From Patescibacteria group bacterium (lineage in GTDB: Bacteria; Patescibacteriota; Minisyncoccia; Phycocordibacterales; Phycocordibacteraceae), in NCBI GenBank assembly GCA_040384705.1, contig JAZKIU010000001.1, positions 405,847 to 469,846 of the forward strand: DNA of 64,000 nt, read 5' to 3'. The number at the start of each line of letters is the position of its first letter. The first letter of the stretch is position 1. The position numbers and the translations under genes were made by a program. Under the pieces are notes generated by a model that saw nothing but the letters and a program-made list of their open reading frames with translations, did not search any database and was not told where the DNA came from. This document shows positions 45,761-55,189 of this stretch, piece after piece.

Positions 45761-46348
45761 ATGCAAACCGAATACGAAGCAACCTTCTGGCCAATCGACA
45801 AGGCTGATATGCGCCAGAAGCTCGCTAGGCTTGAAGCGCACAGAGAGTATCCCGAACGGCTCATGCACCGCATCGCCTATAACCTCCCTGAGAGCAAGGC
45901 AATCGGCGACCCGAGCCGTACATGGGGTCGCGTACGGGCCGAAGGCGACCAGGTGACCATGAGCATAAAGAGCGTCACGGGACCGAATATCGAGGACCAG
46001 AAGGAGGCGCAGGTGACTATTGATACATTCGAGAACGGACGTGCCTTTATGGATTCCATGGGGTGCGTGGAGAAGTCGTACCAGGAGAGCAAACGTGAGC
46101 TATGGAAGCTCGACGGTGTGGAGATTATGATCGATGAGTGGCCTTTTCTCGACCCCTTCGTGGAGATAGAAGGAGTCACCGAAGAGGCAGTACGTGCGGT
46201 TGCCCAGAAGCTCGGATTCGATTGGTCTGAGGCGCACTTTGGAAATGTGGGCGCTTTCTATATTTCGAAATACGGGATAACGGAGGATCGTATCTACAAT
46301 CACACGCCACGCCTTGTTTTTGGGGATGCGCTTCCGTTCGAGCAGTAG
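45761..46348 (+). CDS. hypothetical protein, possible CYTH-like fold
   Basis: N-terminal EYEATF resembles the CYTH ExExK start, but K is missing. Weak call. Confidence 0.3.
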   Translation: MQTEYEATFWPIDKADMRQKLARLEAHREYPERLMHRIAYNLPESKAIGDPSRTWGRVRAEGDQVTMSIKSVTGPNIEDQKEAQVTIDTFENGRAFMDSMGCVEKSYQESKRELWKLDGVEIMIDEWPFLDPFVEIEGVTEEAVRAVAQKLGFDWSEAHFGNVGAFYISKYGITEDRIYNHTPRLVFGDALPFEQ

Positions 46349-46389
46349 GATTTTATCTTTCCATCATCTTCCTTCGCCATACTGCAGAT

Positions 46390-47028
46390 ATGGCGATGCT
46401 TTCAGCCGGACAGAGAATTCAGGCCGCCAATCTCTATCGGAGCGGGCTTAGCGTCCAGCAAGTCGCTGACCACTTTGGAGTAACACTGGACGCAACATTC
46501 TATGCGCTTCGCAAGTTAGGGGTTCCAAGACGGACGGCCCAAGAATCGAATAGGATACGGTTCGAGAATAAGCCTCTTTCCTATAGCATCAAGGATTACC
46601 TGACGCAGGAGGAAGAGGACTTGAAGCTAGCTGCGGTGATGCTGTACTGGGCGGAGGGTTACAAAGTCGGGAAAACCATTGACTTCACGAACTCCGACCC
46701 CGACATGGTTATCATATTCAGACGTTTCCTAAGGGAAATATGTCGAGTAGATGAGAGTCGTATCCGTGCAAGCCTGTATTGCTATGAGGGTCAGGATATC
46801 GAGAGCCTGCATGTTTTCTGGAGTGAGCTCCTAGGCATACCTCGCTCCCAGTTTATTAAGCCCTATATAAAAGCAGCGGCGCCTGGCCCTCGAGGCCCCC
46901 GAATGATTCACGGTCTTGTTCATGTCCGATACTGTGATACAAAGTTACTTACGCAGATACTTCGTTGGATAGATGAATATCGGCAGAAATGCGTCGGTGG
47001 CAGAGTGGTCAATTGCGACTGGCTGTAA
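46390..47028 (+). CDS. HTH + LAGLIDADG-like putative endonuclease; 3' 38 nt overlap tRNA-Tyr
   Basis: N-terminal HTH (LSVQQVADHFGV). LKLAAVMLYWAEGYK resembles LAGLIDADG. The last 12 codons read through the tRNA, so the true end is uncertain. Confidence 0.3.
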   Translation: MAMLSAGQRIQAANLYRSGLSVQQVADHFGVTLDATFYALRKLGVPRRTAQESNRIRFENKPLSYSIKDYLTQEEEDLKLAAVMLYWAEGYKVGKTIDFTNSDPDMVIIFRRFLREICRVDESRIRASLYCYEGQDIESLHVFWSELLGIPRSQFIKPYIKAAAPGPRGPRMIHGLVHVRYCDTKLLTQILRWIDEYRQKCVGGRVVNCDWL

Positions 47029-47073
47029 CCCAGTTGACTTAGGTCTACGAAGGTTCGAATCCTTCCCGGCGCA
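46991..47073 (+). tRNA. tRNA-Tyr (anticodon GUA), type II long variable arm
   Basis: Acceptor gcgtcgg/ccggcgc. D-stem gcag/ttgc. Anticodon stem actgg/ccagt with loop cuGUAac. 14-nt variable arm. T-arm gaagg-ttcgaat-ccttc. Discriminator A. No encoded CCA. Confidence 0.85.
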
Positions 47074-47076
47074 CAA

Positions 47077-47118
47077 ACGAAAGTCGCCCTAAGCGAAAGC
47101 TTGGGGCGACTTTCGTTA
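47077..47118 (+). terminator. 13-bp perfect hairpin 3' of tRNA-Tyr
   Basis: acgaaagtcgccc ... gggcgactttcgt. No strong U-tract. Confidence 0.4.
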
Positions 47119-47138
47119 CACTAGCGTTCGGGTGCAAA

Positions 47139-49415
47139 GTGCCACATACTATTCCCATTGCTATGAAGAAGCTGATGGGGCGCTACCTGGCCGCTTTCCT
47201 CATCCTCGGACTCGCGTTCGGGCCTTTTTCAGTCATTGCTGACGAGGAGCCTGCCTTCGAGCCTCCACAAGAGGCGGAAGCGGTAGAGATGACTCCTCCC
47301 GTTATAGTCGATGAGCCAGTACCAGTTGCGGACGCGACAAGCACACCTCCTATCGAGCCCGGCGAACCTGCTGCGGAAGCTGCCATTGAAGAAGCCTCGG
47401 TTCCCGTAGAGGCTGCGCCGGAATTTACGGAACCGGTTGAAGCAATCGCTCCCATCGATCCGGACACCTATGTCCCAGGCGAAGTCATCGTGAAGTTCAA
47501 GGAGCAGCATATCGACCTTGAAGAAGAGCAGGGAGTCGAGGAGAGCGAGGCGCTTATAGAGAAGCTCGACCTTACGACCGAGAATCTCATCGAGGGCCAG
47601 AACGTAGCGGTGCTGGGGACTGAAACCTCCATAGAACGCACGATCGCGCTCCTGGAAGCGAATCCGGAAGTCGAGTATGCGGAGCCGAATTACATTCGCA
47701 CTGTTGACGTCGCTACGACCGATACTCATATAACAAAGCAGTGGGCTCTCGATAATATCGGCCAAATATTCGCGACTGATGCTTCGGGAACGGCCGATGC
47801 TGACATAGATGCACCGGAGGCATGGGCACTATCGAAGGGAACCGGCATCGTTATTGCCGTGATCGACACAGGTATCGATTACGAGCATCCGGACCTGATG
47901 GATAATATGTGGGACGGTAGCGCCTGCATAGCATCCTCAACACCGCTCGGTGGCTGTATTCACGGGTACGATTTCTACGAGCAAGATGTCAACCCTGAGC
48001 AGGCAGGAGACCAGGAACTCCACGGAACTCACGTCTCCGGAATCATCGCGGCCGAGATGAATAACAGCATGGGAGTAGCAGGCGTTGCTCCGGAGGCGAA
48101 GATAATGGCGCTTCGCGTCGGTACGACCACATTCAGCACTTCTGCAATCGTCCGAGCAATAAATTTCGCTACAGAAAACGGCGCGGACATCATAAACGCC
48201 AGTTATAGCGGAGCAGGATTTTCGGACGCTGAGAAGGCGGCAATGCAGCGATTCGAGGACGCAGGAGGCATCTTCGTCACCGCAGCGGCAAATAGCGGCA
48301 ATGATATAGACAGTACGCCCGCATACCCCGCAAGCTATGACTTAGCTAGCATCATCAGCGTCGCTGCGACCGACGAGAATGACAACCTTGCAGAATTTTC
48401 TAACTACGGAGAAGAATCAGTCGATATCGGGGCGCCGGGTAATTCGATACTAAGTACGATACCTGCTGGATATGGCTATCTTGATGGAACCTCTATGGCG
48501 ACACCTCACGTCGCGGGCGTTGCGGCGCTCGTAAAGTCGTATCAGCCATCATTCACGGCCGCCCAGATAAAAGCAGCGTTGCTCGACACCGGAGATGCGC
48601 TCGATGGACTTTGCGAGAAGACGGTATCGGGGAAGCGCCTGAATGCACACAATGCATTGCTTGGCTCCACCACACCTGTATGCGATATCCAGCCTCCGAG
48701 CATCTCTCTCAATGGGCCTGATCCACTCACGCTCACAATCGGTGACACGTTCGTAGATCCGGGAGTTACCGTTATCGATAATCTGGATCCATCGCCATCG
48801 ATGATCGTGACGGGGAGTGTGGATACCTCAAGCGCAACGACGATGATCCTTATTTACACGGCGACCGACGCAAACAGCAATTCTGCTTCCACGACTCGTA
48901 CAGTCGTTGTGAGCGCTGCCGCTCCACCGCCGGTCTCAAGTGGTGGCGGTGGGGGAGGCGGAGGTGGCGGAGGTAGCACCAAGAAAAAGAGCGAGCCCGC
49001 AAAGCCTGTCGTGAAGCCTAAGGTGACCCCTAAGCTGGTACCCATGCCAGAACCGTCCGTCCCACGATTCCCACAGGCGGAAGTTCTCGGCGCCTCTACC
49101 TCATATACATTCACGCTCACTCTTTCCCTTGGCTCAACGGGTCAGGAAGTCACCGAACTCCAGAAGAAGCTCAAGGAGCTCGGGTTCTTCAGCGGGGAAG
49201 CGACTGGGTACTTCGGTCCACTGACCGAGACCGCAGTTAAGGCATTTCAATCCTCGAAGGGACTGGCGCCAGTGGGTACCGTAGGTCCGGAGACACGCGC
49301 TGCCCTTAATGGAACGGTATCGTTGCCAGCTTCGACTGATATCGCCTCGCTCAAGGCGCAGATAGCGGTGCTCCAGGCACAATTGGCGCTTCTTCTTGCG
49401 CAGGTGAAAAAGTAG
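47139..49415 (+). CDS. secreted subtilisin-like serine protease (S8) with poly-Gly linker and C-terminal peptidoglycan-binding domain
   Basis: Signal peptide. D/H/S catalytic triad motifs (VIDTGID, HGTHVSG, GTSMATPH). G11 run. PG_binding_1-like GYFGPLTETAVKAFQ. Terminal coiled coil. Confidence 0.9.
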   Translation: MPHTIPIAMKKLMGRYLAAFLILGLAFGPFSVIADEEPAFEPPQEAEAVEMTPPVIVDEPVPVADATSTPPIEPGEPAAEAAIEEASVPVEAAPEFTEPVEAIAPIDPDTYVPGEVIVKFKEQHIDLEEEQGVEESEALIEKLDLTTENLIEGQNVAVLGTETSIERTIALLEANPEVEYAEPNYIRTVDVATTDTHITKQWALDNIGQIFATDASGTADADIDAPEAWALSKGTGIVIAVIDTGIDYEHPDLMDNMWDGSACIASSTPLGGCIHGYDFYEQDVNPEQAGDQELHGTHVSGIIAAEMNNSMGVAGVAPEAKIMALRVGTTTFSTSAIVRAINFATENGADIINASYSGAGFSDAEKAAMQRFEDAGGIFVTAAANSGNDIDSTPAYPASYDLASIISVAATDENDNLAEFSNYGEESVDIGAPGNSILSTIPAGYGYLDGTSMATPHVAGVAALVKSYQPSFTAAQIKAALLDTGDALDGLCEKTVSGKRLNAHNALLGSTTPVCDIQPPSISLNGPDPLTLTIGDTFVDPGVTVIDNLDPSPSMIVTGSVDTSSATTMILIYTATDANSNSASTTRTVVVSAAAPPPVSSGGGGGGGGGGGSTKKKSEPAKPVVKPKVTPKLVPMPEPSVPRFPQAEVLGASTSYTFTLTLSLGSTGQEVTELQKKLKELGFFSGEATGYFGPLTETAVKAFQSSKGLAPVGTVGPETRAALNGTVSLPASTDIASLKAQIAVLQAQLALLLAQVKK
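48946..48978 (+). repeat. GGN/GGT codon run encoding Gly11 linker
   Basis: ggtggcggtgggggaggcggaggtggcggaggt. Confidence 0.9.
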
Positions 49416-49484
49416 TTGCCTTTTAAGAACGCAGGTATAGAGTGAAAAGGACCGCCATGTGGGGGTCAATTGTCGTTAATCTAG

Positions 49485-49781
49485 ATGGGGGACGTTGCGA
49501 TGAGCACGTCAAAGATCACACCGCCGACCGTGACCAGCAAGCTCAAGAGGGGCTCGGTGGTGCAAATCGAGGTCATCCTCGGAGAAGCCTGTACGAAGAA
49601 GAAGACGGCGTTCAATTGGACGGTCGAGATGCGGGCAGCCTTCCTGGCCGCCTACCGCGCCGGCCTCGCCATCGCCCAAGAGATCAAGGATCGCTTCGGC
49701 ATTACCGCCAAGCTCATCGGAGATTGGGCGAAGAACGCCGGCGTGATCGCGAAACGCGACCAATACTTCGTTCCTGCCTAG
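49485..49781 (+). CDS. hypothetical protein (98 aa)
   Basis: ORF only. Confidence 0.3.
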   Translation: MGDVAMSTSKITPPTVTSKLKRGSVVQIEVILGEACTKKKTAFNWTVEMRAAFLAAYRAGLAIAQEIKDRFGITAKLIGDWAKNAGVIAKRDQYFVPA

Positions 49782-49818
49782 GAACGGGACCGGGCAGAAC
49801 GCCCGGATATAGACCGCA

Positions 49819-49850
49819 GAGCCGCACCATCTGGTGCGGCTCATTGTTTT
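49819..49850 (+). terminator. intrinsic terminator upstream of trpS
   Basis: gagccgcacca ... tggtgcggctc + attgtttt. Confidence 0.65.
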
Positions 49851-49885
49851 CCACCCTCGCCCATGCGGTATGGTATCGTACGCAT

Positions 49886-50839
49886 ATGAACCAGAAGCCC
49901 GTCCTCCTCTCCGGCATGAAGCCGACCGGTATCGCGCATATCGGCAACTATTTCGGTGCGCTCAAGCAGTGGGTCGACCTCCAGGAAGCAGGGGAGCACG
50001 AGTGCTTCCTTATGATTGCCGACTACCACGCGCTCAATTTCATACAGGACGCAGGCCAGATGCATGCGCTTACGCGCGAGCTTGCACGCACCCTCCTTGC
50101 GATAGGCCTCGACCCCGAGAAGGTCACCATCTTCAAGCAATCGAGTGTGCAGGCGCACACCGAGCTTGCCTGGGTGTTCGACACCATCACCACGATGCCG
50201 TACCTCATGCGCGCGCATGCCTTCAAGGATGCTGAAGCGAAGGATAAGGAGATAAACGTCGGGACGTTCAACTATCCGATGCTCATGGCGGCCGATATCC
50301 TTCTGTATGACGCTGCGGTCGTGCCGGTGGGCCAGGACCAGAAGCAGCACATCGAATACGCCCGCGATACCGCGGAGAAGTTCAATCGCATCTTCGGCGA
50401 GACCTTCATGCTTCCTGAGCCTTTGATAATGCCGGAGGTCGCGGTCGTTCCGGGAGTGGATGGCCAGAAGATGTCCAAGAGCTATAGCAATACCATCCCA
50501 CTCTTCGCTTCAAGGGAGGAACTCACCAAGGCGGTCATGAGCATCGTGACCGATTCCTCGGGAGGCCGCCCAGAGAACGTATATGCGATTCATAAGCTGG
50601 TGCGTAGCGAGTCGGAGCTTGAAGCCCTGTACAAGGATAACGAGGGCCAGTACAAGGCGCTCAAGGATGCGCTCATCGAAGACCTCGATGCACTCATTGC
50701 TCCTATGCGAGCTCGATACCAGGAGCTCGAACAGGACCCGAATGCTATCGATGCAGTACTTATGAAGGGCGGGGAGAAAGCATGCGAGCGTGCCGAGGCG
50801 AAGATGGCGGAGGTGCGCAAGGCTATTGGGGTGAACTAG
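49886..50839 (+). CDS. trpS: tryptophanyl-tRNA synthetase
   Basis: TGIAHIGNY (HIGH-like). KMSKS. 317 aa. The long ORF start at 49442 is an upstream read-through. Confidence 0.9.
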   Translation: MNQKPVLLSGMKPTGIAHIGNYFGALKQWVDLQEAGEHECFLMIADYHALNFIQDAGQMHALTRELARTLLAIGLDPEKVTIFKQSSVQAHTELAWVFDTITTMPYLMRAHAFKDAEAKDKEINVGTFNYPMLMAADILLYDAAVVPVGQDQKQHIEYARDTAEKFNRIFGETFMLPEPLIMPEVAVVPGVDGQKMSKSYSNTIPLFASREELTKAVMSIVTDSSGGRPENVYAIHKLVRSESELEALYKDNEGQYKALKDALIEDLDALIAPMRARYQELEQDPNAIDAVLMKGGEKACERAEAKMAEVRKAIGVN

Positions 50840-50882
50840 GCACTCGCGCAGCTTTTGCGCGGGCGTGCTAATTTATAGGGAT

Positions 50883-52214
50883 ATGACCGAACGAACGCTT
50901 ATTTCCGACCTCGCAGGCAAGGCAGGCGAGATTGTTTCCATACAGGGCTGGGTGGACGTGAGGCGCGATCAGGGGAAGCTCGTCTTCTTCGATTTCCGTG
51001 ACCGTTCGGGCACTGTCCAGGGCGTGGTGCTTCCGGGAGACGAAGCGCTCATGACCGCTGCAAAGGAAGTCCGTAACGAGTTCGTGGTGTCGGTCGAGGG
51101 CATCGTAAACAATCGTCCCGAGAAGAATATCCAGGAAGGGAAGCTGAACGGAGCTATCGAGCTCGAGATAAAGGGCATCGAGGTGCTCGCGAAGGCGCAG
51201 GAGCTTCCGTTCGATAAGGATACGGACCTCAACATCGAGACACGCTTCGACTATCGTCCGTTCACGCTTCGCAGCGAACGCGATCGCGACATCTTCCTCG
51301 TGCAAGCGACTGCCGTTGCCGCATACCGCAATGCACTCGCAAGCCGTGGATTCACTGACTTCCAGGCACCAGCACTCGTAGGTGGCGACGCCGAAGGAGG
51401 CGCGGCCGTCTTCAAGGTCCAGTACTACAACGACCAGACCGCATACCTCGCGACCAGCCCGCAGCTGTACAAGCAGATAATGGTCGGGGCGTTCGAGCGC
51501 GTGTTCACCATTGCGAAGATATTCCGAGCCGAGAAGAGTGCCACCACCCGCCACCTCTCCGAACTCACCCAGATGGACTTCGAGATGGGCTTCATCAACG
51601 ACGAGCACGATGTCATGAACACGCTCGAGGCGGTCATCCGCGACACGGTGCGCGAGGTGGCGGCTAAGCATGGTGACGTGTTCGTCCGTATGAACGTCGA
51701 GACTCCTGCGCTCGGCGAGAAGTTCCCGGTACTTACGCTCGCGGAGGCCCATGCGACGCTCGGCGTGGAGCCCGAGGACGATATGACCCCCGAGCATGAA
51801 CGCGCCATCTGCGAGTGGGCGAAGAAGGAGCATAACTGCGACTTCGTATTCATTACCCGATTCCCGACAGCAGCCCGCGCGTTCTATACGATGGCGGATA
51901 GCGAGGACCCAACCTTCAGTAAGGGATTCGATCTTCTGTTCCGCGGCCTTGAGATAAACAGCGGGGCGCAGCGCATCCATGACTACGATGAGATGGTCGC
52001 CCGCATCGAGGAACGCGGCATGGATCCCAAGAAGTTCGACTTCTACCTCCAGGCTTTCAAGTATGGACTTCCTCCCCACGGCGGCTGCTCAACTGGTCTT
52101 GAGCGCTTCACCGCCCGCATGCTCGAGCTCGCGAACGTGAAGGAGGCGAGCCCATTCCCGCGCGATATGAACCGCATCGATACCTTCCTCTCCAAGAATG
52201 AAGCTGACGTTTAG
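50883..52214 (+). CDS. aspS: aspartyl/asparaginyl-tRNA synthetase, archaeal/eukaryal-type short class IIb (AspRS or AsnRS)
   Basis: OB-fold N-terminus. Motif 3 GLPPHGGCSTGLERFTARM. About 440 aa. Confidence 0.8.
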   Translation: MTERTLISDLAGKAGEIVSIQGWVDVRRDQGKLVFFDFRDRSGTVQGVVLPGDEALMTAAKEVRNEFVVSVEGIVNNRPEKNIQEGKLNGAIELEIKGIEVLAKAQELPFDKDTDLNIETRFDYRPFTLRSERDRDIFLVQATAVAAYRNALASRGFTDFQAPALVGGDAEGGAAVFKVQYYNDQTAYLATSPQLYKQIMVGAFERVFTIAKIFRAEKSATTRHLSELTQMDFEMGFINDEHDVMNTLEAVIRDTVREVAAKHGDVFVRMNVETPALGEKFPVLTLAEAHATLGVEPEDDMTPEHERAICEWAKKEHNCDFVFITRFPTAARAFYTMADSEDPTFSKGFDLLFRGLEINSGAQRIHDYDEMVARIEERGMDPKKFDFYLQAFKYGLPPHGGCSTGLERFTARMLELANVKEASPFPRDMNRIDTFLSKNEADV

Positions 52215-53613
52215 CACCAGCGGAATCGATGCAGCTCCGAAAGGATACGTCCGCGTACGGCTGACGCAGGAGCCGAAATCGGTGCGCCGATTCGTGCGGG
52301 ACAATGGGGTTGAGTGGCTCGAGATAGGGGCAGGGAAGCCGGGCGAGATGAACAACCGCCAGTTCATCATCCTCTGCCGCGCGATCGTGAACGCAGCGAA
52401 GACGAACAAGATAAAGAAGGTAGCGGTTCAGTTCGACATAACGCCGGAGCTTTGGGAGAAGCTCGTCTTCACCACGCCCGAGCAGCCGTGCGAGATAGCG
52501 GCTACCAACTTCGAGATGGCGAACTTCGAGTTCCGCACGTTCAAGACGAAGCCCAAGGAAGGGTGGAACGAGGTCGAAGAGATACTCATCTGCGACAAGG
52601 CATCCAAGGCCATGAAGGATGGCCTTGCTCGCGGCCAAGCGATAGGGCGCGCAGTGAACGCGTGCCGCGAGCTCGCGAACACGCCGGGGGGCGACATGAC
52701 GCCGAAGAGGCTCGCGAGCGAAGCGAAGAAGGCTGCTACAGGCCTTCCCATCACCGTCACGACGATTGGGCGCGCGCAGATGCAGAAGCTCTCCATGGGC
52801 GCCCTGCTCGGCGTCGCGAAGGGATCGTCGGAGGAGCCGACATTCACCATCATGGAGTACAAGGGCGGGAAGGGCGCGCCCATCGTACTTGCAGGAAAAG
52901 GCATCACCTTCGACTCGGGCGGCTTGAACCTGAAGTCTTCCGACCACATCTACGAAATGCACATGGATATGTCGGGCGCGGCTGCCGTGATCCACAGCGT
53001 CGCGCTCGCTGCTCGCCTCAAGCTTAAGAAGAATGTCATTGGTCTCATTCCTGCGGCGGAGAACATGCCGGGCAATAACGCGGTGCGTCCTGGCGATATC
53101 CTTACCTCGCTCTCGGGGAAGACCATCGAGATCACCGACACGGACGCTGAAGGGAGGTTGATACTCGCGGACGCGATAACGTACGCGAAGCGCTTCAAGC
53201 CGTCCGTTGTGCTCGATGTGGCGACGTTGACCGGAGCCGCCATGTCCGCGCTCGGCCTCTTCGCTTCCGGCCTTCTGACGCGTGACGATGCGCTCGCCGA
53301 GGAGCTGCTCGCGCGCGGCGAGGAGAGCGGTGACTATCTCTGGCGGCTTCCGCTCTGGGATGAGTATGAGAAGGGGACTGAGAGCGATTTCGCCGACCTC
53401 GCGAATTATCCTAGCAACAGGAGCTTCCGGTACGGAGGCGCCTCGAACGGCGGCATCTTCCTCTGGCAGTTCGCCAAGGAGCTCGACTGCCCCTGGGCGC
53501 ACCTCGACATAGCGCCGAGGATGACCGCGGCGCCAGGAGACGAGCTCGCCAAGGGCGCGGCCGGAACGCCCGTGCGGCTCTTGCTATCATTCATAGAGTC
53601 ATGGAAGGCGTAG
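52198..53613 (+). CDS. pepA: leucyl aminopeptidase (M17)
   Basis: NTDAEGRL. GKGITFDSGG. M17 C-terminal domain. Confidence 0.9.
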   Translation: MKLTFSTSGIDAAPKGYVRVRLTQEPKSVRRFVRDNGVEWLEIGAGKPGEMNNRQFIILCRAIVNAAKTNKIKKVAVQFDITPELWEKLVFTTPEQPCEIAATNFEMANFEFRTFKTKPKEGWNEVEEILICDKASKAMKDGLARGQAIGRAVNACRELANTPGGDMTPKRLASEAKKAATGLPITVTTIGRAQMQKLSMGALLGVAKGSSEEPTFTIMEYKGGKGAPIVLAGKGITFDSGGLNLKSSDHIYEMHMDMSGAAAVIHSVALAARLKLKKNVIGLIPAAENMPGNNAVRPGDILTSLSGKTIEITDTDAEGRLILADAITYAKRFKPSVVLDVATLTGAAMSALGLFASGLLTRDDALAEELLARGEESGDYLWRLPLWDEYEKGTESDFADLANYPSNRSFRYGGASNGGIFLWQFAKELDCPWAHLDIAPRMTAAPGDELAKGAAGTPVRLLLSFIESWKA

Positions 53614-54335
53614 CTACCCGTTTTCATATAAAGACGGAGTCCTATGAAGGACCGTTCGAGCTTATCCTCGATCTAATCGAGCGGCGCCAGCTTTCCATAA
53701 ACGAGCTTTCGCTCGCGCAGGTCACCGATGACTACATACAGCACGTGCGTGGGCACGGAACCTTTCCGATGGAGGATGCCGCCCAGTTCATCGGTATTGC
53801 CGCGACCCTGCTCCTCATCAAGTCGAAGTCCCTCATCCCTGACCTCGAGCTCACCGGAGAGGAAGAAGAGGACATGGACGACCTCAAGCGCCGGCTCGCG
53901 GAATACGAGCGTGTGCGCGAGATGATGCGTGAGCTCTCCCGCATATTCGGGAAGAATGTCATGGTGTCTGCTGGCGAGCGTGCCCCGGAAGTCGTGTTCG
54001 CTCCAGCGCGTGACCTTACGCTCGCCAAGCTTGAGAGCGCGCTTGCTGACGCGCTTGCGGCCCTTGAGAAGGAAGAGAAGCTGCCTGAAGCGAGAGTGCG
54101 CCCCTTGGTGACCATCGAAGAGATGATGGACACCCTCCTTACACGCGTGCAGAAGGCGATGACAATCTCGTTTAAAGAGTTCTCGGGAACCGCCAAGGAG
54201 AAGGTGGAAGTCATCGTATCGTTCCTGGCACTCCTTGAGCTCGTGAAGGAGGGGGCGGTGGAGGCGCTCCAGAGCGGCTCGTTCTCGGACATCAGCATTA
54301 CGAATACGTCGTCGAGCGTTCCGCATTATGGCTAA
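53601..54335 (+). CDS. scpA: segregation and condensation protein A
   Basis: ScpA kleisin N/C motifs. Pairs with scpB downstream. Confidence 0.8.
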   Translation: MEGVATRFHIKTESYEGPFELILDLIERRQLSINELSLAQVTDDYIQHVRGHGTFPMEDAAQFIGIAATLLLIKSKSLIPDLELTGEEEEDMDDLKRRLAEYERVREMMRELSRIFGKNVMVSAGERAPEVVFAPARDLTLAKLESALADALAALEKEEKLPEARVRPLVTIEEMMDTLLTRVQKAMTISFKEFSGTAKEKVEVIVSFLALLELVKEGAVEALQSGSFSDISITNTSSSVPHYG

Positions 54336-54930
54336 GCAGATAGTCATCATTCATGGAGGCAGTGCGCAGAACTCGTACGAAGAGTATGTGGAGCGACTGA
54401 GGACCAGGGAGGTAACCATTGATGACTTCAAAAAGCATAAGGGGTGGAAGGACTTCATCGTTAGTGAACTCGGTAATGACTGGGAGATGCTCACTCCGGA
54501 AATGCCCAGCAAGAAGAATGCGAAATACCTTGAGTGGAAGATCTGGTTCGAACGAATGCTCCCATTCATAGAGGATGGGGCTGTATTCATTGGGCATTCG
54601 CTTGGCGGTCTCTTCTTGGCTAAATACCTCTCGGAGGAAACGTACCCGAAGTCAATACGAGCCACCATTCTCGTGGCTGCCCCATACAATACGCTGACCG
54701 AACACCCACGCGCTGATTTCAATATCACCAAACCCCTGCGCGGCCTCGAGGAGCAGGGAGGAGAGGTATTCCTCTATCACAGCCCTGATGACACTGTGGT
54801 TCCGCTCTCGAACTTCGAGCATTACCGCAATGATTTACCGGGAGCGCACGCGATCGTGCTTGAGGGTCGTGGTCATTTCAACGAGCCGACATTCCCAGAG
54901 CTTGTAGAAAAGATCCTGGAAATGGATTGA
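54328..54930 (+). CDS. alpha/beta hydrolase, YdeN/RBBP9-like serine hydrolase
   Basis: GHSLGG nucleophile elbow. 200 aa. Confidence 0.6.
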   Translation: MAKQIVIIHGGSAQNSYEEYVERLRTREVTIDDFKKHKGWKDFIVSELGNDWEMLTPEMPSKKNAKYLEWKIWFERMLPFIEDGAVFIGHSLGGLFLAKYLSEETYPKSIRATILVAAPYNTLTEHPRADFNITKPLRGLEEQGGEVFLYHSPDDTVVPLSNFEHYRNDLPGAHAIVLEGRGHFNEPTFPELVEKILEMD

Positions 54931-55189
54931 CAGGCAGCTCCGACACGTTAGTATCGTCAGGCCGCCAGATTGTGGGGTAATCGAGGGAGAAGACGGATTA
55001 TGTCCGCCAATAAAAGTACCGGGAAGCACAGCAAGAAGTCGAACGCCGAGGGCCGCCGGACCTTTCCGAGCAGGAAGCCCAGGACTCGTTCCAAGGACGC
55101 GGGGAACCCCGCCACGACTCGCTGACACCCAGTCAGCCTGAAATACCGCGTCCCGTTGCTCGCGCAACGGGACGTATTTCTTTAGTACG

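Noticed and set aside
49442-49885. N-terminal 148-aa extension of the trpS ORF
   Set aside because: Arg/Gly-rich with no similarity to TrpRS. It overlaps a plus-strand terminator and ORF 49485..49781 in another frame. The true start is the conserved MNQKPVLLSGMKPTG at 49886.
50868-53502. Large minus-strand ORFs opposite aspS (50868..52079) and pepA (52108..53502)
   Set aside because: Shadow ORFs typical of GC-rich coding DNA. The plus-strand genes have clear class II aaRS and M17 motifs.
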